Virus record (IMG/VR): IMGVR_UViG_3300025133_000027
Location: 96,001-160,000 of that record
Reading direction: 5' to 3' (one strand)
Origin: a virus
Length of the DNA stretch: 64,000 bases
Shown here: piece by piece, positions 47,985 to 55,872 of the stretch
Layout: each line of letters begins with the position of its first letter
Numbering within the stretch: position 1 is the stretch's first letter
Position numbers and translations under genes: made by a program
Notes under the pieces: generated by a model
Databases searched by the model: none
What the model saw: only the letters and a program-made list of their open reading frames with translations
Told to the model about the DNA's origin: nothing

Positions 47985-49841
47985 ATGGAATTATCAGCAG
48001 AAATATTAAGCAATATTACAACGCATATGAAATATGCAAAGTATTTGCCAATGGAATTAAGAAGAGAAAATTGGCAGGAACTTGTTTCTCGCAATGAAGA
48101 GATGCATGTTCGAAAATATCCACAAATTAAAAGCGAAATTAGAGAAGCTTATAAGTTTGTTTATGACAAGAAGGTGTTGCCTTCAATGAGAGCGATGCAA
48201 TTCTCAGGTAAGCCAATTGAGATTACGCCAAGTCGTATATTTAATTGCGCTTATTTGCCAGTAGATGATTGGAGAGCATTTTCAGAGACAATGTTTTTAC
48301 TTCTTGGAGGAACAGGAGTTGGTTATTCGGTGCAAAAACACCATATTGAAAAATTACCAGATATTATTCGCCCAAATGAAAAAAGAACCAGAAGATATCT
48401 AATTGGAGACTCCATCGAGGGTTGGGCTGACGCTGTAAAGATTTTAATGAGAAGTTACTTCTTTGGGGGCTCGAAAATTCGATTTGACTTTTCTGATATT
48501 AGAAAGAAAGGAGCTAGGCTTGTCACTTCAGGAGGAAAAGCACCAGGACCTCAACCTCTCAAAGAGTGTTTATTAAAGATTGAAGGAATATTAGATGAAA
48601 AACAAAATGGTTCAAAACTTACAACACTGGAGACACACGATATTGTCTGTTATATTGCAGATGCAGTTCTTGCTGGCGGGATACGAAGAGCAGCTCTTAT
48701 TTCACTTTTTAGCGCTGATGATGATGATATAATTTCTTGTAAATCAGGAAATTGGTGGGAACTAAATCCTCAAAGAGGCCGAGCAAATAACTCGGCAGTC
48801 TTGTTAAGGCACAAAATAAATGAGCCTTTCTTTCTAAAGCTTTGGGAACGTATTAAGAATTCTGGTTCTGGCGAGCCTGGGATTTATTTTTCAAATGATA
48901 AAGATATGGGAACCAATCCTTGTTGTGAGATCTCGTTGAAGCCTCATCAATTTTGTAACCTTACAGAAGTAAATGCTAGTGATATTGTTTCACAGGAAGA
49001 TCTTAACGAGAGAGTCCGAGTCGGAGCTTTTATCGGCACACTTCAAGCTGGATATACCGATTTTCACTATTTACGTGAAAAATGGAAACGTAATACAGAA
49101 AAAGAAGCTCTAATCGGTGTATCTATGACAGGTATTGCTTCTGGTGAGGTTATCAAGCTTGATATGAAAGAGGCAAGCCAGGAAGTCAAGAAAGAGAATG
49201 CAAGAGTTGCAAATTTGATTGGCATCAATCGGGCAGCAAGAACGACTTGTGTAAAACCTGCGGGAACAACAAGTCTGGTTTTGGGAACTTCCAGCGGAAT
49301 CCATGCTTGGCATGATGACTTCTATATCCGAAGACTTCGTGTTGGAAAGAATGAGGCAATTTATCATTACCTAGTAACAAACCACCCTTCTTTGATAGAA
49401 GATTGCGAAATGAGACCACATGATACTGGTATTATCAAAGTACCAATCAAAGCACCTAGCGGTGCTATCACTAGAAGAGAGTCGGCTCTGCATCTTCTTG
49501 AGAGAGTCAAAAGAGTAAGTCTTGAATGGGTTCGAACGGGACACCGAAAAGGTTCAAATACAAATAACGTTTCTGCCACAATCTCAGTAAGAGAGCATGA
49601 GTGGGACGAAGTTGGTAATTGGATGTGGAATAATCGAAATTCTTATAATGGACTTTCAATTCTTCCGTTTAGTGACCATAGTTATGTTCAGGCTCCTTTT
49701 GAATCAATTACAGAACTAGAGTATAATGCCCTGTATACTAATCTTCAAAAAATTGATCTAAATTATGTCTTAGAACATGGAGATAACACTGATTTAAGTG
49801 GAGAAATTGCATGTGGAGCTGGTGGTTGTGAAGTAATTTAA
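47985..49841 (+). CDS. nrdJ: Class II (B12-dependent) ribonucleotide reductase
   Basis: FNCAY, RRAALI, TNPCCEI, FCNLTEVN, VKPAGT and C-terminal CGAGGC. No small-subunit gene is adjacent. Confidence 0.88.
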   Translation: MELSAEILSNITTHMKYAKYLPMELRRENWQELVSRNEEMHVRKYPQIKSEIREAYKFVYDKKVLPSMRAMQFSGKPIEITPSRIFNCAYLPVDDWRAFSETMFLLLGGTGVGYSVQKHHIEKLPDIIRPNEKRTRRYLIGDSIEGWADAVKILMRSYFFGGSKIRFDFSDIRKKGARLVTSGGKAPGPQPLKECLLKIEGILDEKQNGSKLTTLETHDIVCYIADAVLAGGIRRAALISLFSADDDDIISCKSGNWWELNPQRGRANNSAVLLRHKINEPFFLKLWERIKNSGSGEPGIYFSNDKDMGTNPCCEISLKPHQFCNLTEVNASDIVSQEDLNERVRVGAFIGTLQAGYTDFHYLREKWKRNTEKEALIGVSMTGIASGEVIKLDMKEASQEVKKENARVANLIGINRAARTTCVKPAGTTSLVLGTSSGIHAWHDDFYIRRLRVGKNEAIYHYLVTNHPSLIEDCEMRPHDTGIIKVPIKAPSGAITRRESALHLLERVKRVSLEWVRTGHRKGSNTNNVSATISVREHEWDEVGNWMWNNRNSYNGLSILPFSDHSYVQAPFESITELEYNALYTNLQKIDLNYVLEHGDNTDLSGEIACGAGGCEVI

Positions 49842-49850
49842 GTTAATTGG

Positions 49851-49886
49851 ATCCAAGGAGAATCACACATGTGATTCTCCTTGGAT
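49851..49886 (+). terminator. 16-bp hairpin after nrdJ (probable terminator)
   Basis: ATCCAAGGAGAATCAC-ACAT-GTGATTCTCCTTGGAT; the U tract is weak. Confidence 0.7.
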
Positions 49887-49891
49887 TATTG

Positions 49892-49901
49892 ACTATTTAT
49901 A
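49892..49901 (+). promoter_or_regulatory. Putative late promoter ACTATTTATA
   Basis: Exact motif right after the hairpin. Confidence 0.65.
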
Positions 49902-49925
49902 ATAAGAAAGGGGACATAAATATAA

Positions 49926-50378
49926 ATGGAAAATCTTCAAGCTAAAATAATTTTACAAACACTAACAGACCTAGGTTTAAAAATAGATAAGTTTCAAGAA
50001 AACTTAGCATCAGATAGAGAAAGGATCGTTGCACTAGAGGTTGAAGAGCGTAGCAATCAAGAAAACAAGAAAACTTTTAATGAAATCACTTGGCCAAATT
50101 TAGAGGAAGAAGTTAGAGGGATAAAAGACAGGCTTGTTAAGATAGAAAAAGAGACTGTTTCACTAAGAAAAATCGAAAATATTGAAAGTAAACTAACAAC
50201 CGTACTAACTAAAATAGAAATTTGGATTCCAAGAATGGAAAAAATTGAAGAAAAATTACCTAAGCTTGATGAAGTGAATTGGAAAATGAAGTTAATCTGG
50301 GCAGGTTCAGCAGCAGGTATATCATTTTTAACAGCTAGTGTTGTTGCTATTTTTCTTAAGATTGCTGGGTTAGGATAG
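49926..50378 (+). CDS. Late coiled-coil protein with a C-terminal TM helix (holin/XhlA-like candidate)
   Basis: Heptad-rich region followed by LIWAGSAAGISFLTASVVAIFL. Confidence 0.55.
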   Translation: MENLQAKIILQTLTDLGLKIDKFQENLASDRERIVALEVEERSNQENKKTFNEITWPNLEEEVRGIKDRLVKIEKETVSLRKIENIESKLTTVLTKIEIWIPRMEKIEEKLPKLDEVNWKMKLIWAGSAAGISFLTASVVAIFLKIAGLG

Positions 50379-50379
50379 C

Positions 50380-50426
50380 TTGACGTTTAAACCTCTTCGA
50401 TGTATGATTGGTGCATCTTGAGGAGG
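50380..50426 (+). promoter_or_regulatory. Sigma70 promoter overlapped by an SD-sequestering hairpin
   Basis: TTGACG-17-TATGAT. CCTCTTC/GATGTA pairs with TGCATC/GAGGAGG. Confidence 0.7.
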
Positions 50427-50430
50427 ATAC

Positions 50431-51498
50431 ATGAAAGAGGCTTTGACCTATGATGACTTATTATTACAACCACAATATTCGGATATTAAATCTCGCAAAG
50501 AGATTAATCTAAAACCTACAGATGTAAAACTAGGCGAAGATAGACAATTAGCAATACCAATTATTAGTAGTCCCATGGATACTGTAACTGAGGCTGATAT
50601 GTGTAATGCTATGGATGCTGCTGGTGGTCTTGGGATTATTCATCGTTATAATACAGTAGAAGAGCAAACACGGATAGTGGGAAAGGTCGAAGATTCGGTA
50701 TACTATGATGACTGGAATAAACCTATTACACCAAATTATGCTTGTGCGATCGGAGCAACTGGTGACTATTATGAACGTTTATGTTCTTTATATATGCGAG
50801 GTTGTCGAACTTTCTGCATAGATATCGCTCACGGTCATCACATTGTCATGAAAGAAGCATTAGCGAAAATTAAACTACATCCTGCTAGGAGTTATTTTAC
50901 AGTAATTGCTGGTAATGTAGCAACTTCGGAAGGTGCTTGGGATTTGCAGTCGTGGGGAGCTGATATCGTTAAGGTTGGAATCGGTGGCGGATCTATCTGT
51001 TCAACGAGAATCGAGACAGGACACGGAGTTCCTAACGTAGAAGCTCTATCGCAAATTGCAGATATGAGAAAAATACACAAGCTAGATTTTGGAATTATCG
51101 CTGACGGTGGAATTAAAAGCGCTGGTGATGTAGTTAAGGCACTTGCGCTTGGAGCTGACTATGTAATGCTAGGTTCGATGCTAGCAGGAACTGATGAAAC
51201 GCCTGGGATAATCCATACTTCAAACAGTGGTAGAAAAATTAAAGAATATAGAGGGATGGCAAGCCCGGAATCACAACTTGCTTGGAAAGGCTCAGTCTCC
51301 TCAGAAGAGGGGATTGCAACTTATATACCAGCAAAAGGACCTGTCTCTAGGGTCTTGGAACATATTGACAAAGGACTACGTTCTGGGTTATCCTATACGG
51401 GAGCTAGGACAATTAAAGAACTTCAAACAAAAGCAAAGTTCATTCGACAATCGAACTCCTCCAAGGTGGAGAGTTCGACACACATTTTAAACAAATAA
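50431..51498 (+). CDS. IMPDH/GMP reductase family protein without CBS domains (probably GMP reductase)
   Basis: SSPMDTV, DIAHGH, AGNVAT, GIGGGSICSTR, IADGG and YRGMAS motifs. Confidence 0.85.
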   Translation: MKEALTYDDLLLQPQYSDIKSRKEINLKPTDVKLGEDRQLAIPIISSPMDTVTEADMCNAMDAAGGLGIIHRYNTVEEQTRIVGKVEDSVYYDDWNKPITPNYACAIGATGDYYERLCSLYMRGCRTFCIDIAHGHHIVMKEALAKIKLHPARSYFTVIAGNVATSEGAWDLQSWGADIVKVGIGGGSICSTRIETGHGVPNVEALSQIADMRKIHKLDFGIIADGGIKSAGDVVKALALGADYVMLGSMLAGTDETPGIIHTSNSGRKIKEYRGMASPESQLAWKGSVSSEEGIATYIPAKGPVSRVLEHIDKGLRSGLSYTGARTIKELQTKAKFIRQSNSSKVESSTHILNK

Positions 51499-51507
51499 GG
51501 AATATTA

Positions 51508-51789
51508 ATGAGTATTACAAACGCAGTGACGATTTCACCAGAATCAACAAAGAAAGAGCGAGCAATTGACTATATCAAGAGCATCTATGCCCTGGATCAA
51601 GCGATTGAGCCCTATCAATCACAAAAGAAAGAGCTTCGAAAGAGCTATGTTTCTAACGGATGGCTTGATGCTGAAGAGATTAAGAGTGCAATGAGAGTAT
51701 ATAGGCTCCTAAAGATTGATGCAGACTTTGAACAGCTTGCTGACTTCTATGAAGCAACTAAGGGAAATGTAACAGAAGAGGACGAATAA
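51508..51789 (+). CDS. DsbA/GapR (DUF2312)-like dsDNA-binding protein
   Basis: YIKSIYALDQAIEPYQSQKKELRKSYVSNGWLD..IKSAMRVYRL matches the helical pattern of that family. Confidence 0.5.
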   Translation: MSITNAVTISPESTKKERAIDYIKSIYALDQAIEPYQSQKKELRKSYVSNGWLDAEEIKSAMRVYRLLKIDADFEQLADFYEATKGNVTEEDE

Positions 51790-52058
51790 TGAAGATTTAT
51801 CCACAAAATGGATGGTTGCTTCTCAAAAGAGCCCTTAGCGATCATGATTTACAAACGCTAGAATACACGAGTATGTTGCCACCATTAGAAAGGGTAGACC
51901 ATTTTACTGTCGTTGGGGCTCCTGAAGACAATGAGGGCTATCATGTTGGTAATAAGGTTCTAGTATTGACACATGCAATCGAAGAACTAGAAATAGAGGG
52001 CGACCTTTATTACTTTGCTAAGGTTCAATCTATTATGGGGGTCTTACTCAATGACTGA
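51789..52058 (+). CDS. GroES/gp31-like co-chaperonin
   Basis: IYPQNGWLLLK...VVGAP...VGNKVL...EIEGDLYYF...IMGVL follows the GroES strand pattern. Confidence 0.6.
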   Translation: MKIYPQNGWLLLKRALSDHDLQTLEYTSMLPPLERVDHFTVVGAPEDNEGYHVGNKVLVLTHAIEELEIEGDLYYFAKVQSIMGVLLND

Positions 52059-52755
52059 TGACACTAAATATCTATACGGTGACAAGATTGGTAGAGTTGA
52101 ACTTATCAACCACTGGGGAACTGACAAGATGGTTGTTAACGCAGCTAGGGTTAGTTTCGGTCAAGATAGCGATAAGCCCTTAGTTGCTAAGGATATCAAG
52201 CTTATTAAGTATCTTATCAAGCATAGGCATACTTCAACTCTTGAGCACTGTGGGGTGACTTTCAAGTTCACTGTTCCGCTATATGTCAGATCTCAACACC
52301 ATAGACATAGAACATGGTCATATAACGAGATTTCTCGTAGGTATACATCTGAGGATATTAGGTTCTATGAACCTAAAGCTTTCAGGACTCAACACAAGAG
52401 CAATCGACAAGCTTCGAATGAGGCCGAGTTGATAAACCCAGGCTGGGCTCCTCACACGGCGTTCGTGTTGACAGATCGAATAAGTGAACACCACGAAGAC
52501 TGCTTAGAATTATATGAAGGCTGTCTGAAACTGGGCATGTGTCGTGAGCAAGCAAGAGGTGTTCTTCCACAGAACATGTATACCCAATACTATGGAACTG
52601 TGAATATGAACAACCTAATGAAGTTCATATCCCTCAGAACACATGAGGGCGCTCAGTGGGAAATTCAAAAAGTAGCAGAGGCCTGTCTAGACTTTGCGAG
52701 AGAGCTCTGGCCTGAAACAATTAATGCATATGACGAGGTCCATAATGAGTCCTGA
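52051..52755 (+). CDS. thyX: FAD-dependent thymidylate synthase
   Basis: VNAARVS, HTSTLEH, RHRTWSYNEISRRY, EQARGVLP and AQWEI motifs. Start at ATG 52051. Confidence 0.95.
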   Translation: MTDDTKYLYGDKIGRVELINHWGTDKMVVNAARVSFGQDSDKPLVAKDIKLIKYLIKHRHTSTLEHCGVTFKFTVPLYVRSQHHRHRTWSYNEISRRYTSEDIRFYEPKAFRTQHKSNRQASNEAELINPGWAPHTAFVLTDRISEHHEDCLELYEGCLKLGMCREQARGVLPQNMYTQYYGTVNMNNLMKFISLRTHEGAQWEIQKVAEACLDFARELWPETINAYDEVHNES

Positions 52756-53032
52756 ATTACAATTTGAAATCATATTAGACTTCTTCAATAAATTGCATAA
52801 GTCAGATCCGGTATTTACCGATAGTATTTTAAGGAGCCGACATTCTTTCAGTGTCGGTGAGGATGAACTTCCAGAAGACTTAATAGTCAGGATAGAAGAT
52901 GATGAGATGAGCGCATCTGTCCTTGGAGTTTTCAACACTCTTCTTGAGAGGTTGCGAATTCCGAAACTTGCAGTTTCTGTCGATCTTGATACGGATGAAA
53001 CTTTAAAGTATGTTAATTACACTGGAGGATAA
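52745..53032 (+). CDS. Hypothetical protein
   Basis: ATG 52745 with GAGG SD. Confidence 0.55.
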   Translation: MSPELQFEIILDFFNKLHKSDPVFTDSILRSRHSFSVGEDELPEDLIVRIEDDEMSASVLGVFNTLLERLRIPKLAVSVDLDTDETLKYVNYTGG

Positions 53033-53256
53033 TGATGAAGCTATCTGATAAACTTGGCCTTTGGTTTGTTTTACTAGTTTTGGTGACAGTCTTTACTTGT
53101 TTTGTTTGGGGTATCTGCAATCACCACCAATCATCGGAAAGTTGTAAAAAAGTGTGTGCTCCGTATGCCTGGGAAGTATCAGGTCTCAGATGTTATTGCG
53201 GAAACAATAAACACTATACCTTTGAACGAAAGATGACTCATGTGAGGGTTAGATGA
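53032..53256 (+). CDS. Small membrane/exported Cys-rich protein
   Basis: N-terminal TM followed by CKKVC...CYC. Confidence 0.6.
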   Translation: MMKLSDKLGLWFVLLVLVTVFTCFVWGICNHHQSSESCKKVCAPYAWEVSGLRCYCGNNKHYTFERKMTHVRVR

Positions 53257-53426
53257 TAAACAAATGTAACTATTGTAATTTTTCATATGAAAAATCAAAG
53301 GATTATATTAAGCATTTAAACGAAAAACACATAAAATGTTTATGTGGAAAAGTCTTTGACAAGAACGACAGTTCAGATAATTTAGCACTTTGTAAAAAAT
53401 GCAAGGAGAGTCAAAATGATAAGTAA
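53253..53426 (+). CDS. 57-aa C2H2 zinc-finger protein absent from the ORF track
   Basis: MINKCNYCNFSYEKSKDYIKHLNEKHIKCLCGK...CKKC; ATGA overlap and GAGG SD. Confidence 0.7.
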   Translation: MINKCNYCNFSYEKSKDYIKHLNEKHIKCLCGKVFDKNDSSDNLALCKKCKESQNDK

Positions 53427-53703
53427 AAGAAAGATCCCGAGAATTAAAATGGTAGAGATTTTAGAAGGTAGCGCCGGCAAAGTCTTAAGCGATACACTCT
53501 ACGATCATCATGACTGGACAGTAGAGCGTCGATTGATTTTTGAATTTGAAGGGAAGACCTGGAGAACTTATTATCAGGTTGGAGCAACTGAATATCAGGA
53601 AGCTCCTCCGTGGGAAGACCAAAAACAAGTTGGGGTTTGGGAAGTTAAAGAAGTAACCGTCCCCAAGAAAGATTGGATAATAGTATATACAGAGGATAAA
53701 TAA
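53416..53703 (+). CDS. Hypothetical protein
   Basis: 95 aa with GGAG SD. Confidence 0.65.
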   Translation: MISKRKIPRIKMVEILEGSAGKVLSDTLYDHHDWTVERRLIFEFEGKTWRTYYQVGATEYQEAPPWEDQKQVGVWEVKEVTVPKKDWIIVYTEDK

Positions 53704-53957
53704 TGAAAACAGCAACAATTTTAAATAAAGATATGGTTAATGATAACCAGTGGTTGGTTAAAGTATCACCTCCACATGATGGACACGAGTTTATTGTAGT
53801 CAGTGTAGGAAATTCAGGCTTCAATGAGACTTATTTATTCGGAGCCAATGAGGACGGAATCATTACAAATTGGATGGAATTGTCAGGTAGTCGAAAAGGA
53901 TTTCGTGATCACAGAAGAGTTTTATGTGAAGCTGGCTTCATTATTTCGGAGGATTAA
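53703..53957 (+). CDS. Hypothetical protein
   Basis: 84 aa, coupled, with GAGG SD. Confidence 0.6.
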   Translation: MKTATILNKDMVNDNQWLVKVSPPHDGHEFIVVSVGNSGFNETYLFGANEDGIITNWMELSGSRKGFRDHRRVLCEAGFIISED

Positions 53958-53959
53958 GA

Positions 53960-54172
53960 ATGACAGCAGGACAATTAATTTTACTTCTAGAAGAATATCC
54001 ACCAGCTACCGAAGTCGTAATGATGACAGACTCTGAAGGCAATGGAGTTAATGAACTCGACACCGTTGAGCCTGGATTCTATCACGAAGAAGATAGAGAA
54101 CTTTACAGTCCTGATGAAGATCTGGAAGATCTTCCAAAGGATTGCAGAAAGGTATTAGTAATCTGGCCGTAA
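53960..54172 (+). CDS. Small acidic hypothetical protein
   Basis: 70 aa with GGAGG SD; DSEGN motif. Confidence 0.65.
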   Translation: MTAGQLILLLEEYPPATEVVMMTDSEGNGVNELDTVEPGFYHEEDRELYSPDEDLEDLPKDCRKVLVIWP

Positions 54173-55051
54173 ATGTCATCTAAAAAACAAAGAATAATTA
54201 AATATGACACTATAGTTGTCGGTGATACAATTGAAGCTTTGGTTTATGCATTCATAAATCAGGCTCCCTGTATCACCGACAACTCTTTGTTGTTTGATCG
54301 AGATATTGATAAACTCGATCCTTCAATTGATCTTGTCCCAATATTATTACCACACCCAACAACCCAGATAAGAACAGTAAAGGGTATTGAGACTCGTGGC
54401 ATCTCTATGCTTGATTTGCAGAATTATTTAAAATTCTGCTTATCAATGGATGGATATCTACCATTTAACGGAACTATCCGTAGTATCCGCATTAATGATG
54501 ATAATAGTCTTACTGTTAGAAATGGTGACTCTGGCAAACATATCTTAAAATACAAGAAGCTTGAGATCTTTACACCAGGGCAGGTTCATGGGTTAGAAAT
54601 CGAAACCTATAAAGAACCAATCTATAGAATAGTCCACAACTTTAAATTCGCACACTTATTAGCTTGGGATTACGACGTTATCAGGACAGATGAGCCTTTC
54701 CTAAGAGAAGTCTATCAACTCTCTAAAACCAAAGGAAAAGGAGTTAGTTTCCTAACCAAGAAAGAACGAGAATCCCATGATTTCTCAGACTTCTTTGTAA
54801 AAAGAAAACTAAAAGAAGTTCTAAAGGAAATGGGAGCGACGAGTCCTCCTCGAAATTGGACCAAACGGTATATATTAGATAGAACAGTTACCAAGATCAA
54901 TCGAAATACCTATATAATGCCAAACAAGGTAAACCTGAATACTCTAACACTAAAGGAAATATTATGTCTTCAAAAAACTTGGTCGGTATCGTACCAGTGG
55001 AAAATACAAATGAGATATTCGGTATGCCATGGCCCGACGCTCTTCAAGTAA
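54173..55051 (+). CDS. Hypothetical protein with a degenerate Rossmann (FAD/NAD-binding-like) N-terminus
   Basis: YDTIVVGDTIEALVYA resembles the dinucleotide-binding beta-alpha start but lacks the full GxGxxG. Confidence 0.45.
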   Translation: MSSKKQRIIKYDTIVVGDTIEALVYAFINQAPCITDNSLLFDRDIDKLDPSIDLVPILLPHPTTQIRTVKGIETRGISMLDLQNYLKFCLSMDGYLPFNGTIRSIRINDDNSLTVRNGDSGKHILKYKKLEIFTPGQVHGLEIETYKEPIYRIVHNFKFAHLLAWDYDVIRTDEPFLREVYQLSKTKGKGVSFLTKKERESHDFSDFFVKRKLKEVLKEMGATSPPRNWTKRYILDRTVTKINRNTYIMPNKVNLNTLTLKEILCLQKTWSVSYQWKIQMRYSVCHGPTLFK

Positions 55052-55872
55052 TTTCATCAAGATTTACACTAATGCAGCGTGCAATCTATGAATGTGCTTG
55101 TGCTGGCTGCAAAAGTATCTGGGTGGCTGTTGAACCTGAGTATTTCGATCTATATAAGCACTTTGTGAAGGATAGTCTTGAGGATCCTTATAACCTGCTT
55201 ATCAATAAATTCCAATATGGAATTACTAAAAAAGCAAAAATGGAAATTCCAATCTATTTTACACCTACCATGCCAAAAGATGTAAAGGCTAGAAAGAGCC
55301 AAGCATGGAGTATCATTACAGCAGCACGTTCAGCGAATAGAATCTTTGCTACTATTGCAGAGGAGTCAAAACCTTTAAGATTCTATGTAGCGTTTACTAA
55401 TGGGATTTATAATGAGGATGCATTACTGCATGACAGGCCCCTGCTTTGTGCAAAAAGTCCGTTTCACTTTTCATTTCAGAAGAAAACCTTTAAGGATGAC
55501 TTACCTTTAGGCTTCACCTTTACTCAGGACGAGCTAAAGGAAGCTATAAAATACGTCAGAGTAAACAGTACCGGGCTCTATAGGATCAAAGATGAATACC
55601 TAAACAACAACGACCCAAGCCTTCCATCTAGAGAGAAACTAGAGAGGATCTCTAAAGAAGATCGCATAGATGCTAAAAAACTAACAGTTTCAGAGGTATT
55701 CAACCACGTAGACCTGAGCGGAGAGCGATACTATTCTTTAGACTGGCTCTACGACATAAGAGAATATGAAGATTGGGATAAATATATAGTTTCTAAGAAG
55801 AAAAAGAAGTATTACTGGAAATTATTCAAACAAGCAAGAATCGAGAAAATAGGAGAAAACATTGAGCAATAA
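54964..55872 (+). CDS. Divergent sugar-nucleotidyltransferase-like (GT-A fold) protein
   Basis: VGIVPV...MPWPDALQVI...LMQRAIYEC..AGCKSIWV mirrors the NTP-transferase N-terminus but has no GxGTR. Confidence 0.45.
   Translation: MSSKNLVGIVPVENTNEIFGMPWPDALQVISSRFTLMQRAIYECACAGCKSIWVAVEPEYFDLYKHFVKDSLEDPYNLLINKFQYGITKKAKMEIPIYFTPTMPKDVKARKSQAWSIITAARSANRIFATIAEESKPLRFYVAFTNGIYNEDALLHDRPLLCAKSPFHFSFQKKTFKDDLPLGFTFTQDELKEAIKYVRVNSTGLYRIKDEYLNNNDPSLPSREKLERISKEDRIDAKKLTVSEVFNHVDLSGERYYSLDWLYDIREYEDWDKYIVSKKKKKYYWKLFKQARIEKIGENIEQ

Noticed and set aside
53356-53381. TTGACA...GATAAT as a sigma70 promoter
   Set aside because: The spacer is only 14 nt and it lies inside the zinc-finger ORF.
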